A stretch of DNA of 42,859 nucleotides from Clostridia bacterium (lineage in GTDB: Bacteria > Bacillota > Clostridia > Oscillospirales > QAMX01), in the NCBI GenBank assembly GCA_024404415.1, contig JAKSPX010000001.1, forward strand, positions 1 to 42,859. The letters are read 5' to 3'. The position numbers were made by a program, and so were the translations under genes. Below, in pieces: positions 34,601-42,859 of the stretch. Every line of letters begins with the position of its first letter. The stretch's first letter is position 1. The notes beneath the pieces were generated by a model. The model was not told where the DNA came from. It searched no databases and worked only from the letters and a program-made list of their open reading frames with translations.

Positions 34601-36214
34601 TCACTTTTTGATGTGTGCCCGGACGGCATTCGAGACGCGGAGATAATCGTTGGTGAGGATGGTGTCGATGCCCATGTCGATGTAGCGACAGGCCTCGTCC
34701 GGGTCGTCGGCGAAGAAGACGTTGCAGAGGATGCCGTTTTCATGCGCGAGGTCGACGGCCTCCTGATTGAAATAGGGCTTGAAGAGCTGCACCTTTTCGC
34801 AGCCCAGCCTGATGGCGCGCTCGACGATCTCCAGCGGCTTATCGGTCACGCCGTTCCAGCCGACACAGCGCGGAATATCCGGCGCGATCTCATGGAATTC
34901 GGCCTGGCATCTGTCGTTGCTGTTCATGATATAGACGTGGTTCTGCGCATCGTACTTCCGGATGAGGGAGGCGATGCGTTCATACTGCGGGTCCTCCGGA
35001 TCGGTGTCCCAGGTCTTCACGTGGATATTCATGATGGTGGTGCAGGCAAATTTCTTCAGAATGTCCTCAAAGCGGATGATTTTCAGGCCGCGGAAGGCTT
35101 CGCCCGTTTTGTAACCGAAGTCGAACTGCTGAAGCTCTTCAAAGGTGTAATCCCAGACATACCCGTGCCCATCCGAGACGCGGTCGAGATTGGCGTCGTG
35201 GATGGAGACCAGCTCGCCGTCCTTGGTGGCCCAGAGGTCGAATTCGATCTCCTCCGCGCCAAGCGCCACTGCCGCGCCGAAGGCAGGCATGCTGTTTTCC
35301 GGGGCGATGGTGCTGAACCCGCGGTGAGCGCAGATGCGCGGATAACCGAGATGCTTTTCCGACGGAAGCATCATGCTGCCCGCCGGGCGGTAAAGCCACG
35401 GGCGGCGGCCTTCGTCGATATATTCATGGTGCGGCTTGGGTTTCCCGCGGAAGCCCGCGGGCTTTTCGTATTTGACCGAGGGGTCGATCGCGCAGGGACC
35501 GACGCCTAGTTTGCTCTTCATGTCAAGAAGCAGATCGCCCTTGGGGGAGACAACCATGCTGCAGCCGCAGATCTCCGACTCTTCTCCGAGCGACACCGCC
35601 GAGCGGATGAGGTAGCTGTTGGTCTGATAGGATAAGAACTGCCCGATGATATCCAGCGCAAGATGGGTATCGGTCCGCTGGTGGGAGCAGCCGATGATGA
35701 TATCCACGTTTTTACGCGCGATCGCCGCGAAGGCCTCGTACATATAGAAGTCATAGCAGGTCATGAAGCCGGAGCGCAGCCCTTCCAGCTCCAGAACGTA
35801 GGGCTCCTCATAATGATAGCTGTACCCGACCTCCATGCCGTTGCCGCCCTCCGCGAGCGTTTTGACCTCGGATGGAGCCGGATGGGTCTTATAATAGCGC
35901 CCGACGACGTTGCCCTCGCGGTCAAAGGCATGGGTGGTGTTGCGGCCTTCATAGGCAAAGTTGGCAAAGACGATGGCATGGCACCGTTTTGCAAGCGCCG
36001 AAGCCTTTTCCGCAACGACTGCATTATACTTTTCGACCGCCTGATGGAAAGCCTCTCCGTTCGGCGTGGCGGCGGGGATATCGCAGTATTCCGGGAGGAC
36101 GATGATGTCCATGCTTTCGTCGCATGCGTCCATCAGGCCGAGCATCCCCTGAAAACAGGTCTCCATATCCTCATACTTCATGGAATAATAGGGTTGAATG
36201 ACAGATACTTTCAT
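34601..36214 (-). CDS. Fusion protein: N-terminal carbon-nitrogen hydrolase (nitrilase superfamily) domain plus C-terminal glycerophosphodiester phosphodiesterase (GDPD) domain
   Basis: N-terminal half has VLPEY (Glu), RYYKTHP (Lys) and MTCYDFYMYE (Cys). C-terminal half has ICAHRGFS..APENSMPAF......EIEFDLW.TKDG..V.IHD. Start at ATG 36214 (AGAGGAG RBS). Confidence 0.75.
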   Translation of the reverse strand: MKVSVIQPYYSMKYEDMETCFQGMLGLMDACDESMDIIVLPEYCDIPAATPNGEAFHQAVEKYNAVVAEKASALAKRCHAIVFANFAYEGRNTTHAFDREGNVVGRYYKTHPAPSEVKTLAEGGNGMEVGYSYHYEEPYVLELEGLRSGFMTCYDFYMYEAFAAIARKNVDIIIGCSHQRTDTHLALDIIGQFLSYQTNSYLIRSAVSLGEESEICGCSMVVSPKGDLLLDMKSKLGVGPCAIDPSVKYEKPAGFRGKPKPHHEYIDEGRRPWLYRPAGSMMLPSEKHLGYPRICAHRGFSTIAPENSMPAFGAAVALGAEEIEFDLWATKDGELVSIHDANLDRVSDGHGYVWDYTFEELQQFDFGYKTGEAFRGLKIIRFEDILKKFACTTIMNIHVKTWDTDPEDPQYERIASLIRKYDAQNHVYIMNSNDRCQAEFHEIAPDIPRCVGWNGVTDKPLEIVERAIRLGCEKVQLFKPYFNQEAVDLAHENGILCNVFFADDPDEACRYIDMGIDTILTNDYLRVSNAVRAHIKK

Positions 36215-36275
36215 GATCCGCTCCTCTTTCTCTCTTCCGATGTCATCTATATCGTACCATCCGGCGGCCGGAAAG

Positions 36276-37190
36276 TCAAGATTTCCCTTGTTCCCCGCCA
36301 AAGCCGCGTTTCAGCATGGCGAATAGGAAGCCTTCCTCCGCCCTTTCGGCGACAAAAACGGAATATCCGTTCGTTGCTTCCTCGATGTGTCCCCACTCAT
36401 CGGAGAGGATCTTCTTTTCCTTCACCGAAAATTTCTCCGGGAAGCTTTTATATAATATAGGTAAGGTGTCGTGCAGGATCGCGCCGTCTCCGCCCTCCAG
36501 GTCTATGCCCGAGCGGTGGTTTTTTCGGAGGATGCGGATGAATTCCGGGTCTCGCCCGAAGGATTCCAGAAGGTCGATCTCCTCCTTCATCACCGGATGC
36601 GTAAGCGTCAGGTCGAGCGGGAAGATGGTCAGATTCAGCCCGCTTTCCAGTATTTCCTTCAGGGCTTTGGGATCTCCGGCGAAATTATATTCCGAATCGT
36701 GATCCTTATTGGTCCTTTCAAAGCCGCCGCCCATGATGAGGACCTTTTTGATCCTCTTTTTCACTTCTTCCCTCCGGATCAGGGTTGCAAGCGAGGTCAA
36801 AGGATCGACGGCGATGTAGGTGATCTCGTCGGCCTTTTGAAGCTCTGATGAAAACGCCTCAAGATCCATTGCCTCTTCACCTTTTTCGCCGATCCCGAGG
36901 CGGATGGCGCATTCTTCTGCGATATCCGCGAGGCCGTCTTTCCCGTGGTAGTCGCCGCAGGTCGGTTCCTCCCCGTCAAAGGGCTTTTCCGCCCCCTTGA
37001 TGACGGGGCATTTCATGCCAAGCAATCCCTTGACGACCAGCGTATTGCGGAAGGTCATCGCCCGCGGCGCATTCCCGTAGGTCGCCACGACGTAATCCGG
37101 CTCTTCCGTCACGCGCGCCATCAGATATAGCGCCATGGCGTCGTCGGTACCGACGTCACCGTCAAAGATCGTGATGCGCTTTTTCTCCAT
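36276..37190 (-). CDS. Nucleoside hydrolase (inosine-uridine-preferring, IUNH family)
   Basis: N-terminal ITIFDGDVGTDDAMAL (DxDxxxDD Ca-binding motif). Start at ATG 37190 (GGGAGGG RBS); the track extension to 37343 runs through the tRNA gene. Confidence 0.8.
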   Translation of the reverse strand: MEKKRITIFDGDVGTDDAMALYLMARVTEEPDYVVATYGNAPRAMTFRNTLVVKGLLGMKCPVIKGAEKPFDGEEPTCGDYHGKDGLADIAEECAIRLGIGEKGEEAMDLEAFSSELQKADEITYIAVDPLTSLATLIRREEVKKRIKKVLIMGGGFERTNKDHDSEYNFAGDPKALKEILESGLNLTIFPLDLTLTHPVMKEEIDLLESFGRDPEFIRILRKNHRSGIDLEGGDGAILHDTLPILYKSFPEKFSVKEKKILSDEWGHIEEATNGYSVFVAERAEEGFLFAMLKRGFGGEQGKS

Positions 37191-37210
37191 CCGTTTTCCC
37201 TCCCTATGAA

Positions 37211-37238
37211 CAAAAAATCTCGTTCCGAAGAACGAGAT
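37211..37238 (-). terminator. Rho-independent terminator immediately after tRNA-Gln
   Basis: Minus strand AUCUCGUUC-UUCG-GAACGAGAU (9 bp) followed by UUUUUUG. It ends ~20 nt before the nucleoside hydrolase ATG. Confidence 0.7.
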
Positions 37239-37244
37239 TATTGA

Positions 37245-37318
37245 TGGCTGCCGAAGAAGGATTTGAACCCTCACAAACAGATCCAGAGTCTGTCGTGCTC
37301 CCATTACACAATTCGGCA
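37245..37318 (-). tRNA. tRNA-Gln (anticodon CTG), CCA encoded
   Basis: Hand-folded cloverleaf. Acceptor stem UGCCGAA/UUCGGCA (U1-A72). Anticodon stem ACAGA/UCUGU with loop CU-CUG-GA. T arm GAGGG-UUCAAAU-CCUUC. Discriminator G plus CCA; 74 nt. Confidence 0.9.
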
Positions 37319-37347
37319 ATATAGAGTTTTCGCTTGACAACACTGCT

Positions 37348-37375
37348 ATTATACCACAGAATTGCGATTTGTCAA
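37348..37375 (-). promoter_or_regulatory. Promoter of tRNA-Gln (TTGACA-16-TGGTATAAT)
   Basis: Minus strand TTGACA (37375-37370) and an extended -10 TGGTATAAT ending at 37348, ~25-30 nt upstream of the tRNA 5' end. Confidence 0.65.
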
Positions 37376-37449
37376 GCCCTGATTTTGCGTGTGCGGAAAC
37401 TTTTCTTCCGAAAAGCTTTTCCCCGACGGGATTCCTGCCGCCGAGTCCC

Positions 37450-37478
37450 TTGCACGCCCCTTTGATTTGTGTTATACT
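37450..37478 (+). promoter_or_regulatory. Putative promoter of the GH116 gene (TTGCAC-17-TGTTATACT)
   Basis: TTGCAC at 37450-37455 and TATACT at 37473-37478. GTTATACT is repeated 10 nt downstream. Confidence 0.45.
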
Positions 37479-37545
37479 GGGTTATACTTATAGGAACATT
37501 CTGTCCTTCGGCGCACGGGTCATTCCCGTTGAAAGGAGAGCACAA

Positions 37546-40125
37546 ATGGATCAGCATTATTTCCTTTATGAAGGCGATGCGACGCGCGAGATCTCTTTCC
37601 CTCTCGGCGGCATCGGTTCCGGCTCGATCGGCCTCGCCGGCAACGGCAGTCTGATAGACTGGGAGATCTTTAACCATCCCTCCAAGGGTTCGCGCAACGG
37701 TTGGTCTCACTTTGCCGTCAAGGCGGAGCGCGGCGGCAAGCTCCTCGGCGCACGCTGCCTGCAGGGCGACCTCCGCAAGGATTTCGTCGGCCAGTATGGC
37801 TCCCCGCGCCAGTTTAACGGCTACGGCTACGGCCCGGTCAACACATCCATGGAAGGTTATCCGCATTTCCGCAAGACCTCCTTTGACGGGCGTTTCCCCA
37901 TTGCACAGATGCCCTTCGGCGGCGAACCTTCCCCGGCGGAGCTCTCCCTCACGGCTTTTAACCCCATGAGCCCCGGCGAGACCGACGATTCGTCCATTCC
38001 CGCCGCCTTCTTTGAGATCTCTTTCAAGAATACCTCCAACCTTCCTTACGACGCGACGGTCGCTTTCTCGGTTCGCAATCCCTTCGCCTCCTCCGAAAAC
38101 TGCTACAAAGCCGGGGAGGGGATGCACGCCCTTTCCCTGAAGGACGCGGCACATGATGCCTCCGACAAGGAATACGGCGACCTAACCATGGCGACCGACG
38201 CGGAGGATGTTTCTTACCAGGAATACTGGTACCGCGGCGGCTGGAACGACGGCCCCGAGACCTATTGGCGAAACCTCACCGAATGTTCCCGTTTCCCCGC
38301 CCGCCATTACGAAGCCCCCGGTTCTTACGACATGGCGACCCTCGCCGCACACTTCAGCCTCGCGGCAGGGGAAGAAAAGAAGGTCCGCTTCCTGCTTTCG
38401 TGGAACGTACCGAATAACTATAATTACTGGGCGCCGCATAAGGATGCAGAAGGCAAGGACATCACCTGGAAAAACTACTACGCGGTGCTTTTCCCCGATT
38501 CCTGCGCTTCCGCACGCTATGCGCTTGCGAATTTCAAAAGCTTATATGCCCGGACTGAGGCCTTCCGCGACTCTCTTTACGACCAGACGCTTCCGAATGA
38601 GGTCATCGACGCGGCGGCGGCCACGCTTTCGGTTCTGAAATCCCCGACCGTTCTGCGCCTTGAGGACGGCAGCTTCTACGGCTGGGAAGGCTCGCGCGAG
38701 GTGGACGGCTCCTGCGAGGGCTGCTGCACCCACGTCTGGAACTACGCCTACGCGCTCTGCTTCCTCTTCCCCGGTCTGGAACGGAGCTTGCGCGAAAACG
38801 ACTACAACTATAACCAGCGCGAAAACGGCAAGATGGAATTCCGCATGACCCTTCCCGCCGGGAGCGAAAAGAATCTTTTCCGCGCATGCGTGGACGGTCA
38901 GATGGGCGGCATCGTGAAGGTCTACCGCGAGTGGAAGATCTCCGGCGACACCGAATGGCTCAAATCGCTCTGGCCGTCGGTCAAGAAAGCCCTCTCTTAT
39001 GCCTGGGACGAGACCAACGTCGACAAATGGGACGCCGACAAGGACGGCTTCTTAGAGGGAAGACAGCACCACACCCTCGATATGGAGCTCTTCTCCGCTT
39101 CCTCATGGCTCGAAAGCATGTATCTCGCGGCGCTCCGCGCTGCCGAAGAGATGGCCAAAGCGCTGGGTGACCCGGCTGAGAAGGAATACCGCGCGCTTTA
39201 CGAAAGCGGCCGCGAGAAGCTCGAAAATGAGCTTTATAACGGGGAATACTACTTTCAGAAGATCGACCTCTCCGACAAATCGCTTGTCGAGCGCTTCACC
39301 GCATCGGCTGATCCCTCGTTCTGGAACGAGGCGGCGGGCCTTCTCAACACCTACTGGAACGACGAAGCAGGGGAGATCAAGTACCAGATCGGCGAAGGTT
39401 CGGAGATCGACCAGATGCTCGGCGAATGGCACGCGAATCTTGTGGGTCTCGGCGATATCTTCGACCCCGAAAGATGCCGCACCGCCCTTCGGAGCCTGAT
39501 GAAATACAACTATAAAGACTCTTTCCGCGACTTCTATAATCCCTTCCGCCTCTTCGCCGTGAACGACGACAAGGGGACCGTCATGTGCGATTACCCGGAA
39601 GGCGCGAAAAAGCCCGCCATCCCGGTGCCTTACTGCCAGGAGACCATGCATGGCTTTGAATACGCGCTCGCAGGCCTTCTCTATCAGAAGGGCATGTTCG
39701 AGGAAGGCACCAAGGTCGTGCGCGCCGTCCGCGACCGTTACCGCGGCGACTGCCGCAACCCCTGGAACGAGATCGAATGCGGCAACAACTATGCCCGCTC
39801 CATGGCGGCCTTTGCCCTCCCGGTCATCCTCTCGGGCTTCACCTTCGACATGACGAAAAAGGAGATCGGCTTCGCGCCGAAGCTCGCAGGCGATTTCAAG
39901 AGCTTCTTTGCCCTTGGCAAGATCGCCGGGAGCTACGAGCAGACCGAAACCTCCGCCCGCCTTTCCTTCCTTGCCGGAAGCGGCGCACTTCAAAGGATCG
40001 TCACCCCCCTCAAGGGTGCTCTCCGCGTGACGCTGGACGGGAAAAGCTACGACTGCGCATCCGCCGACGGATCGCTTGAGCTTCCCGCAAGCGTATCTTC
40101 CTCCCTCGTCATCGAAAAGATCTGA
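37546..40125 (+). CDS. GH116 family glycoside hydrolase (GBA2-type beta-glucosidase/glucosylceramidase-like)
   Basis: N-terminal FPLGGIGSGSIGLAGNGSLIDWEIFNHP and a C-terminal (alpha/alpha)6 catalytic region (DUF608-type). Start at ATG 37546 (AAAGGAGAG RBS), 59 codons inside the track ORF. Confidence 0.85.
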   Translation: MDQHYFLYEGDATREISFPLGGIGSGSIGLAGNGSLIDWEIFNHPSKGSRNGWSHFAVKAERGGKLLGARCLQGDLRKDFVGQYGSPRQFNGYGYGPVNTSMEGYPHFRKTSFDGRFPIAQMPFGGEPSPAELSLTAFNPMSPGETDDSSIPAAFFEISFKNTSNLPYDATVAFSVRNPFASSENCYKAGEGMHALSLKDAAHDASDKEYGDLTMATDAEDVSYQEYWYRGGWNDGPETYWRNLTECSRFPARHYEAPGSYDMATLAAHFSLAAGEEKKVRFLLSWNVPNNYNYWAPHKDAEGKDITWKNYYAVLFPDSCASARYALANFKSLYARTEAFRDSLYDQTLPNEVIDAAAATLSVLKSPTVLRLEDGSFYGWEGSREVDGSCEGCCTHVWNYAYALCFLFPGLERSLRENDYNYNQRENGKMEFRMTLPAGSEKNLFRACVDGQMGGIVKVYREWKISGDTEWLKSLWPSVKKALSYAWDETNVDKWDADKDGFLEGRQHHTLDMELFSASSWLESMYLAALRAAEEMAKALGDPAEKEYRALYESGREKLENELYNGEYYFQKIDLSDKSLVERFTASADPSFWNEAAGLLNTYWNDEAGEIKYQIGEGSEIDQMLGEWHANLVGLGDIFDPERCRTALRSLMKYNYKDSFRDFYNPFRLFAVNDDKGTVMCDYPEGAKKPAIPVPYCQETMHGFEYALAGLLYQKGMFEEGTKVVRAVRDRYRGDCRNPWNEIECGNNYARSMAAFALPVILSGFTFDMTKKEIGFAPKLAGDFKSFFALGKIAGSYEQTETSARLSFLAGSGALQRIVTPLKGALRVTLDGKSYDCASADGSLELPASVSSSLVIEKI

Positions 40126-40157
40126 CTATTTTACCTGCCTTGAAAGAAGGTGTTTTG

Positions 40158-40583
40158 ATGGAACTCTCTCTCACAAAAAAAGAACTGCGCCTTTTGTGCG
40201 ACCTCGTCTACATCGGCAACTGGGTGGTCAACTCCCCGCGTGGCGAGGAGCGCATCGCGCCCTATGACGCCATTGAGTCCCGCGTTTTCTACGCGGCAGC
40301 CAAGGAGGGCATGCCGGAATTGGCCGACATCACCTCTTACGGCACCATTCCGTCCCAACCCTACGTGGACGGCGGCATTCACGAAGCCATTCTGGACTAC
40401 GAGGACGCCTGCTTCTTCAACATTTTAGCCGAGGAGCTTGCGCGCCGCGACCTCAAGGACAAGGACGTTGACGGCGAGGACCACGACGAACTGCAGGCCC
40501 TGATTGACGAATACTTCTACGAGTTCTCTCTCAACGGCATCGACAACGTGAACGTACGCGGGATCGGAGACAAATCGGAATGA
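40158..40583 (+). CDS. Hypothetical acidic cytoplasmic protein (141 aa)
   Basis: ATG 40158 is preceded by AAGAAGGTG. I recognise no motif. ATGA overlap with the next gene. Confidence 0.55.
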   Translation: MELSLTKKELRLLCDLVYIGNWVVNSPRGEERIAPYDAIESRVFYAAAKEGMPELADITSYGTIPSQPYVDGGIHEAILDYEDACFFNILAEELARRDLKDKDVDGEDHDELQALIDEYFYEFSLNGIDNVNVRGIGDKSE

Positions 40584-41995
40584 AAAACTGCTTCAAACGT
40601 GCTCTCACATTCCTGCTGGCGGCGGGGATGCTCCTGACGGTGACCGCCTGCGAGGACCGCACCGGCCCCTACGTCTCCCGCCCGCAGGACAGCATGCTGC
40701 TCTACCAAAAAGAAGAAGGCGTTTTTCTGACCAACACCGACGCAGCGGCCTATACCGCCGAAGGCGCCTGCGCGGGCAGTCTCAATGCGGATATCGTGCC
40801 TTTAGCCTCCGGTTCGGCATATTATATTGAGGACGGCGAGCTCTATTTCAAGAGCTACCTCGAACCGGCTTACAAAATGACCGACGGCGTGAATATCGTT
40901 TTCTATTCTCTCGGAAGCGTTTTTGCGCTGACACAAAAAGGAGAGCTTCTCCGCACCGACGACCAAACCGGATATGAGGTGGTTTTGAAGGATGTGGGCA
41001 GTCAGGGGTTCTGCGAATGCGCCAACACGGTTTACGTCGTTTCGGGCACAACGCTTTACCGCCTCTTCTTCGGTGGTGCGCCGGAAAAGATGCAGATCTT
41101 CAAAGAGATCCCGGTTTTCCTGACCGGCAACGGAGAGGATATCTATTTTGCTGCGGACGGCGCCGTCTGGAAGTGCGGCCACAAGGCGGTCGCGCCCAAG
41201 CGCGTCTCCGGCAAGCAAACGGTCACGTCCATCGTGCCGGAACATCCGGTCTCCTACGCCGAAAAGCTCTTCTGGCAGGAGGAGTCCGGTGAACTCTTTG
41301 TCTACAATGTGGAAAAGGGTAAAACAGAGTCTGCCGGTTGGAATCCCGGTGAAGTGTTGATCATGGGAAAGCTTCTGCCTGAAAACACGTCTGACGCCGA
41401 AGCGCTGATCCTGACGACCGATCAGGGTGAAAATTTCGCCTATTTATTCGATGAAGAAGAGATCGTCCCCATCCCGGAAGCCTATTGGTGCTATGCCGAC
41501 GGGGAGTACCTTTACGGGATCACCGAAGAAGGTATGCTGATCTATGACGGTGAAAACGAAAAGGTCACCGAAATGACGACACCTCATTCCATGCTCGCCA
41601 CCCCTTACGGTTATTATTTCCTGACCGGCGAGACGGAAGGTTATCAGGCAACGCTCTGGGCGCTCCACGGTGGGGAAGCCGAGAAGATCGCCGAAAACGT
41701 CTTTGGTTCCCGCGGCCCGAACGCGGTTTATAAGTACGGCGGTATCTCCTATTTCACCGACAAGGCGATCTACATCATGGATGAGGAGACCCGCGTTTCC
41801 GAGGTTTTCGCTGAATGCGAGGGCGTAGTGGATTTCATTCCGCGCGCAGGCGGCGCTTACGCGCTCTTTGAAGACGGGCGGCTGGACGTGATGATCTACG
41901 GCGACGAGCTCTCCGAGACAGTCGATGAGGGCGTGACGCACCTTTTCCCGGACGACTACAATATGCCCGAGCGCCTCACGACCTATCCGAACTGA
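40580..41995 (+). CDS. Hypothetical lipoprotein with repeated Tyr/Gly-rich beta-strand units (beta-propeller-like)
   Basis: Lipobox LLTVTA-C. Reiterated motifs include YYIEDGELYF, TVYVVSGTTLYRL, DIYFAADGAVWKC, EYLYGITEEGMLIYD and ISYFTDKAIYIMD. Confidence 0.7.
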   Translation: MKNCFKRALTFLLAAGMLLTVTACEDRTGPYVSRPQDSMLLYQKEEGVFLTNTDAAAYTAEGACAGSLNADIVPLASGSAYYIEDGELYFKSYLEPAYKMTDGVNIVFYSLGSVFALTQKGELLRTDDQTGYEVVLKDVGSQGFCECANTVYVVSGTTLYRLFFGGAPEKMQIFKEIPVFLTGNGEDIYFAADGAVWKCGHKAVAPKRVSGKQTVTSIVPEHPVSYAEKLFWQEESGELFVYNVEKGKTESAGWNPGEVLIMGKLLPENTSDAEALILTTDQGENFAYLFDEEEIVPIPEAYWCYADGEYLYGITEEGMLIYDGENEKVTEMTTPHSMLATPYGYYFLTGETEGYQATLWALHGGEAEKIAENVFGSRGPNAVYKYGGISYFTDKAIYIMDEETRVSEVFAECEGVVDFIPRAGGAYALFEDGRLDVMIYGDELSETVDEGVTHLFPDDYNMPERLTTYPN

Positions 41996-42004
41996 TCCGC
42001 GCTT

Positions 42005-42379
42005 TCATCCGAGGCGGCGGACGTGGCTCGCGCCGCGGTTATAAAGGAGCCTTTCGGCAAGATCGGCGGAGGCCTCCGGCACCCGGAGCGTCAGTTCCAC
42101 GCCTCCCGGCGTCTCACTTTGCATCCCGATCACGTTCATCGCTCTGACGTGCGGGATCCCCGGCATCCGCAATGTGGTGAAACTGCCGTTATCCTGCATG
42201 GGAAGCGGCGAAAAATTCTCATACCGGAAGCCTCCCACCTCATTCACCGCGCCGGGGCGCAGTCTTTCCCGCGTCTCGCGGGAGATCACCTCACAGCCCT
42301 TTTCCCGCAAGGACATCACCGCGAGGTCAGCAGCGTCCTCCCCGGGAAATACGGCCGTCAAACGAATCGACATCATCAT
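42005..42379 (-). CDS. Hypothetical protein (124 aa)
   Basis: ATG triplet at 42379-42371 preceded by AGAGGAAAGGAAG. The upstream part of the track ORF (to 42604) is Arg/Cys-rich shadow overlapping the DUF951 gene. Confidence 0.5.
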   Translation of the reverse strand: MMMSIRLTAVFPGEDAADLAVMSLREKGCEVISRETRERLRPGAVNEVGGFRYENFSPLPMQDNGSFTTLRMPGIPHVRAMNVIGMQSETPGGVELTLRVPEASADLAERLLYNRGASHVRRLG

Positions 42380-42462
42380 TTCTTCCTTTCCTCTGTTCTC
42401 CCCGCTATTTTGAGGAAAAGAAGCCGGATTATGCGCGCCAAATACTGTAAGGGGGCGAAAAC

Positions 42463-42645
42463 ATGGACATTCAGGTCGGCGACATTTTGGAAATGAAAAA
42501 AAAGCACCCCTGCGGGTCGACACAGTTTCTCTGCCTCCGCACCGGCATGGATTTTCGCTTGAAATGCACCGTCTGCGGCCACAAAGTGATGGTCCCGCGC
42601 GCAAAAGCCGAAAAAAGCATCAAAAAAGTCATCAAAGCCGAATAA
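42463..42645 (+). CDS. DUF951 family protein (YyzM-like, 60 aa)
   Basis: VGDILEMKKKHPCGS..F...R.GMDFRLKC..CGH.VM.PR matches my memory of the DUF951 signature. Confidence 0.8.
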   Translation: MDIQVGDILEMKKKHPCGSTQFLCLRTGMDFRLKCTVCGHKVMVPRAKAEKSIKKVIKAE

Positions 42646-42648
42646 ATC

Positions 42649-42690
42649 ATCCCCGTACCATTCTTCATGAAAGGTACGGGGATATTTCTT
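42649..42690. terminator. Bidirectional terminator between the DUF951 gene and the convergent partial CDS
   Basis: 11-bp stem ATCCCCGTACC/GGTACGGGGAT with a 13-nt loop, followed by ATTTCTT. Confidence 0.65.
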
Positions 42691-42701
42691 GATCATATTT
42701 T

Positions 42702-42859
42702 TTACCGGTCGGAATAGGTATACACTTCTCCGCAGTCAAAATACCTGACGTCCAGTTCCGGGTGCATTTCCTTCAGGCGCTTCGCGGTATAGGCCATGCC
42801 CTCGCGTTCCGATCCGGCATGTCCCATGACGAGGACCGCCTTGCGGTAACCGAGCTGAG
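42702..42859 (-). CDS. C-terminal 51 codons of an unidentified protein (5' end beyond window)
   Basis: The open minus-strand frame ...QLGYRKAVLVMGHAGSEREGMAYTAKRLKEMHPELDVRYFDCGEVYTYSDR ends at TAA 42704-42702. The GHxxSE motif faintly resembles NIF3-type proteins, but I make no assignment. Confidence 0.45.
   Translation of the reverse strand, partial: QLGYRKAVLVMGHAGSEREGMAYTAKRLKEMHPELDVRYFDCGEVYTYSDR

Noticed and set aside
37191-37343. N-terminal 51-codon extension of the nucleoside hydrolase ORF in the track
   Set aside because: The extension reads straight through the tRNA-Gln gene and its terminator. An ATG with a GGGAGGG RBS at 37190 begins exactly at the conserved DxDxxxDD N-terminus.
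37369-37545. 59-codon N-terminal extension of the GH116 ORF
   Set aside because: It overlaps the tRNA promoter and the predicted GH116 promoter. The conserved GH116 N-terminus starts at ATG 37546 with a good RBS.
42380-42604. Upstream 75 codons of the 199-aa minus ORF 42005-42604
   Set aside because: The translation is Arg/Cys/Pro-rich, it overlaps the DUF951 gene on the opposite strand, and a strong RBS precedes the internal ATG at 42379.

Overview
This is a high-GC Firmicutes/Clostridia-type chromosomal segment, judged from GGAGG ribosome-binding sites, a zinc-lid Adk, type-Z S14 and a tRNA-Gln with U1-A72. The core is a complete, tightly packed S10-spc-alpha super-operon on the minus strand (8538-23844). 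It holds 31 genes from rpsJ to rplQ, including secY, adk, map, infA, rpmJ and rpoA; rpmJ is too short for the ORF track and was found by hand. The left flank carries clpC (partial, runs off the window), a 57-aa 2x[4Fe-4S] ferredoxin (also missed by the track), a TrmN6/YfiC-like methyltransferase and rsmI. It continues with an AraC-type regulator, a GH51 arabinofuranosidase operon with two coupled alpha/beta-hydrolases, and an SDR. The right flank starts with a roughly 400-nt structured leader upstream of rpsJ that contains a terminator-like attenuator. Next is a visibly AT-richer accessory island of about 2.5 kb (24.3-26.9 kb). It encodes two paralogous XRE repressors, duplicated back-to-back promoter/operator modules, and three unrecognised envelope or small proteins. 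After that come oxidoreductase/TIM-barrel pairs around uxuA, and a membrane-anchored phosphodiester glycosidase. A tRNA-Gln(CTG) sits directly upstream of a nucleoside hydrolase, a CN-hydrolase::GDPD fusion and an epimerase-like gene. The window ends with a GH116 glycosidase coupled to two unknown genes, a DUF951 gene and a partial CDS. I saw no CRISPR array, transposase, integrase or rRNA. The many long ORFs antisense to real genes are GC-driven shadows. All calls come from reading the sequence and recalling protein families; no searches were run. Start codons, promoters and all functional guesses for the unknown proteins remain provisional.
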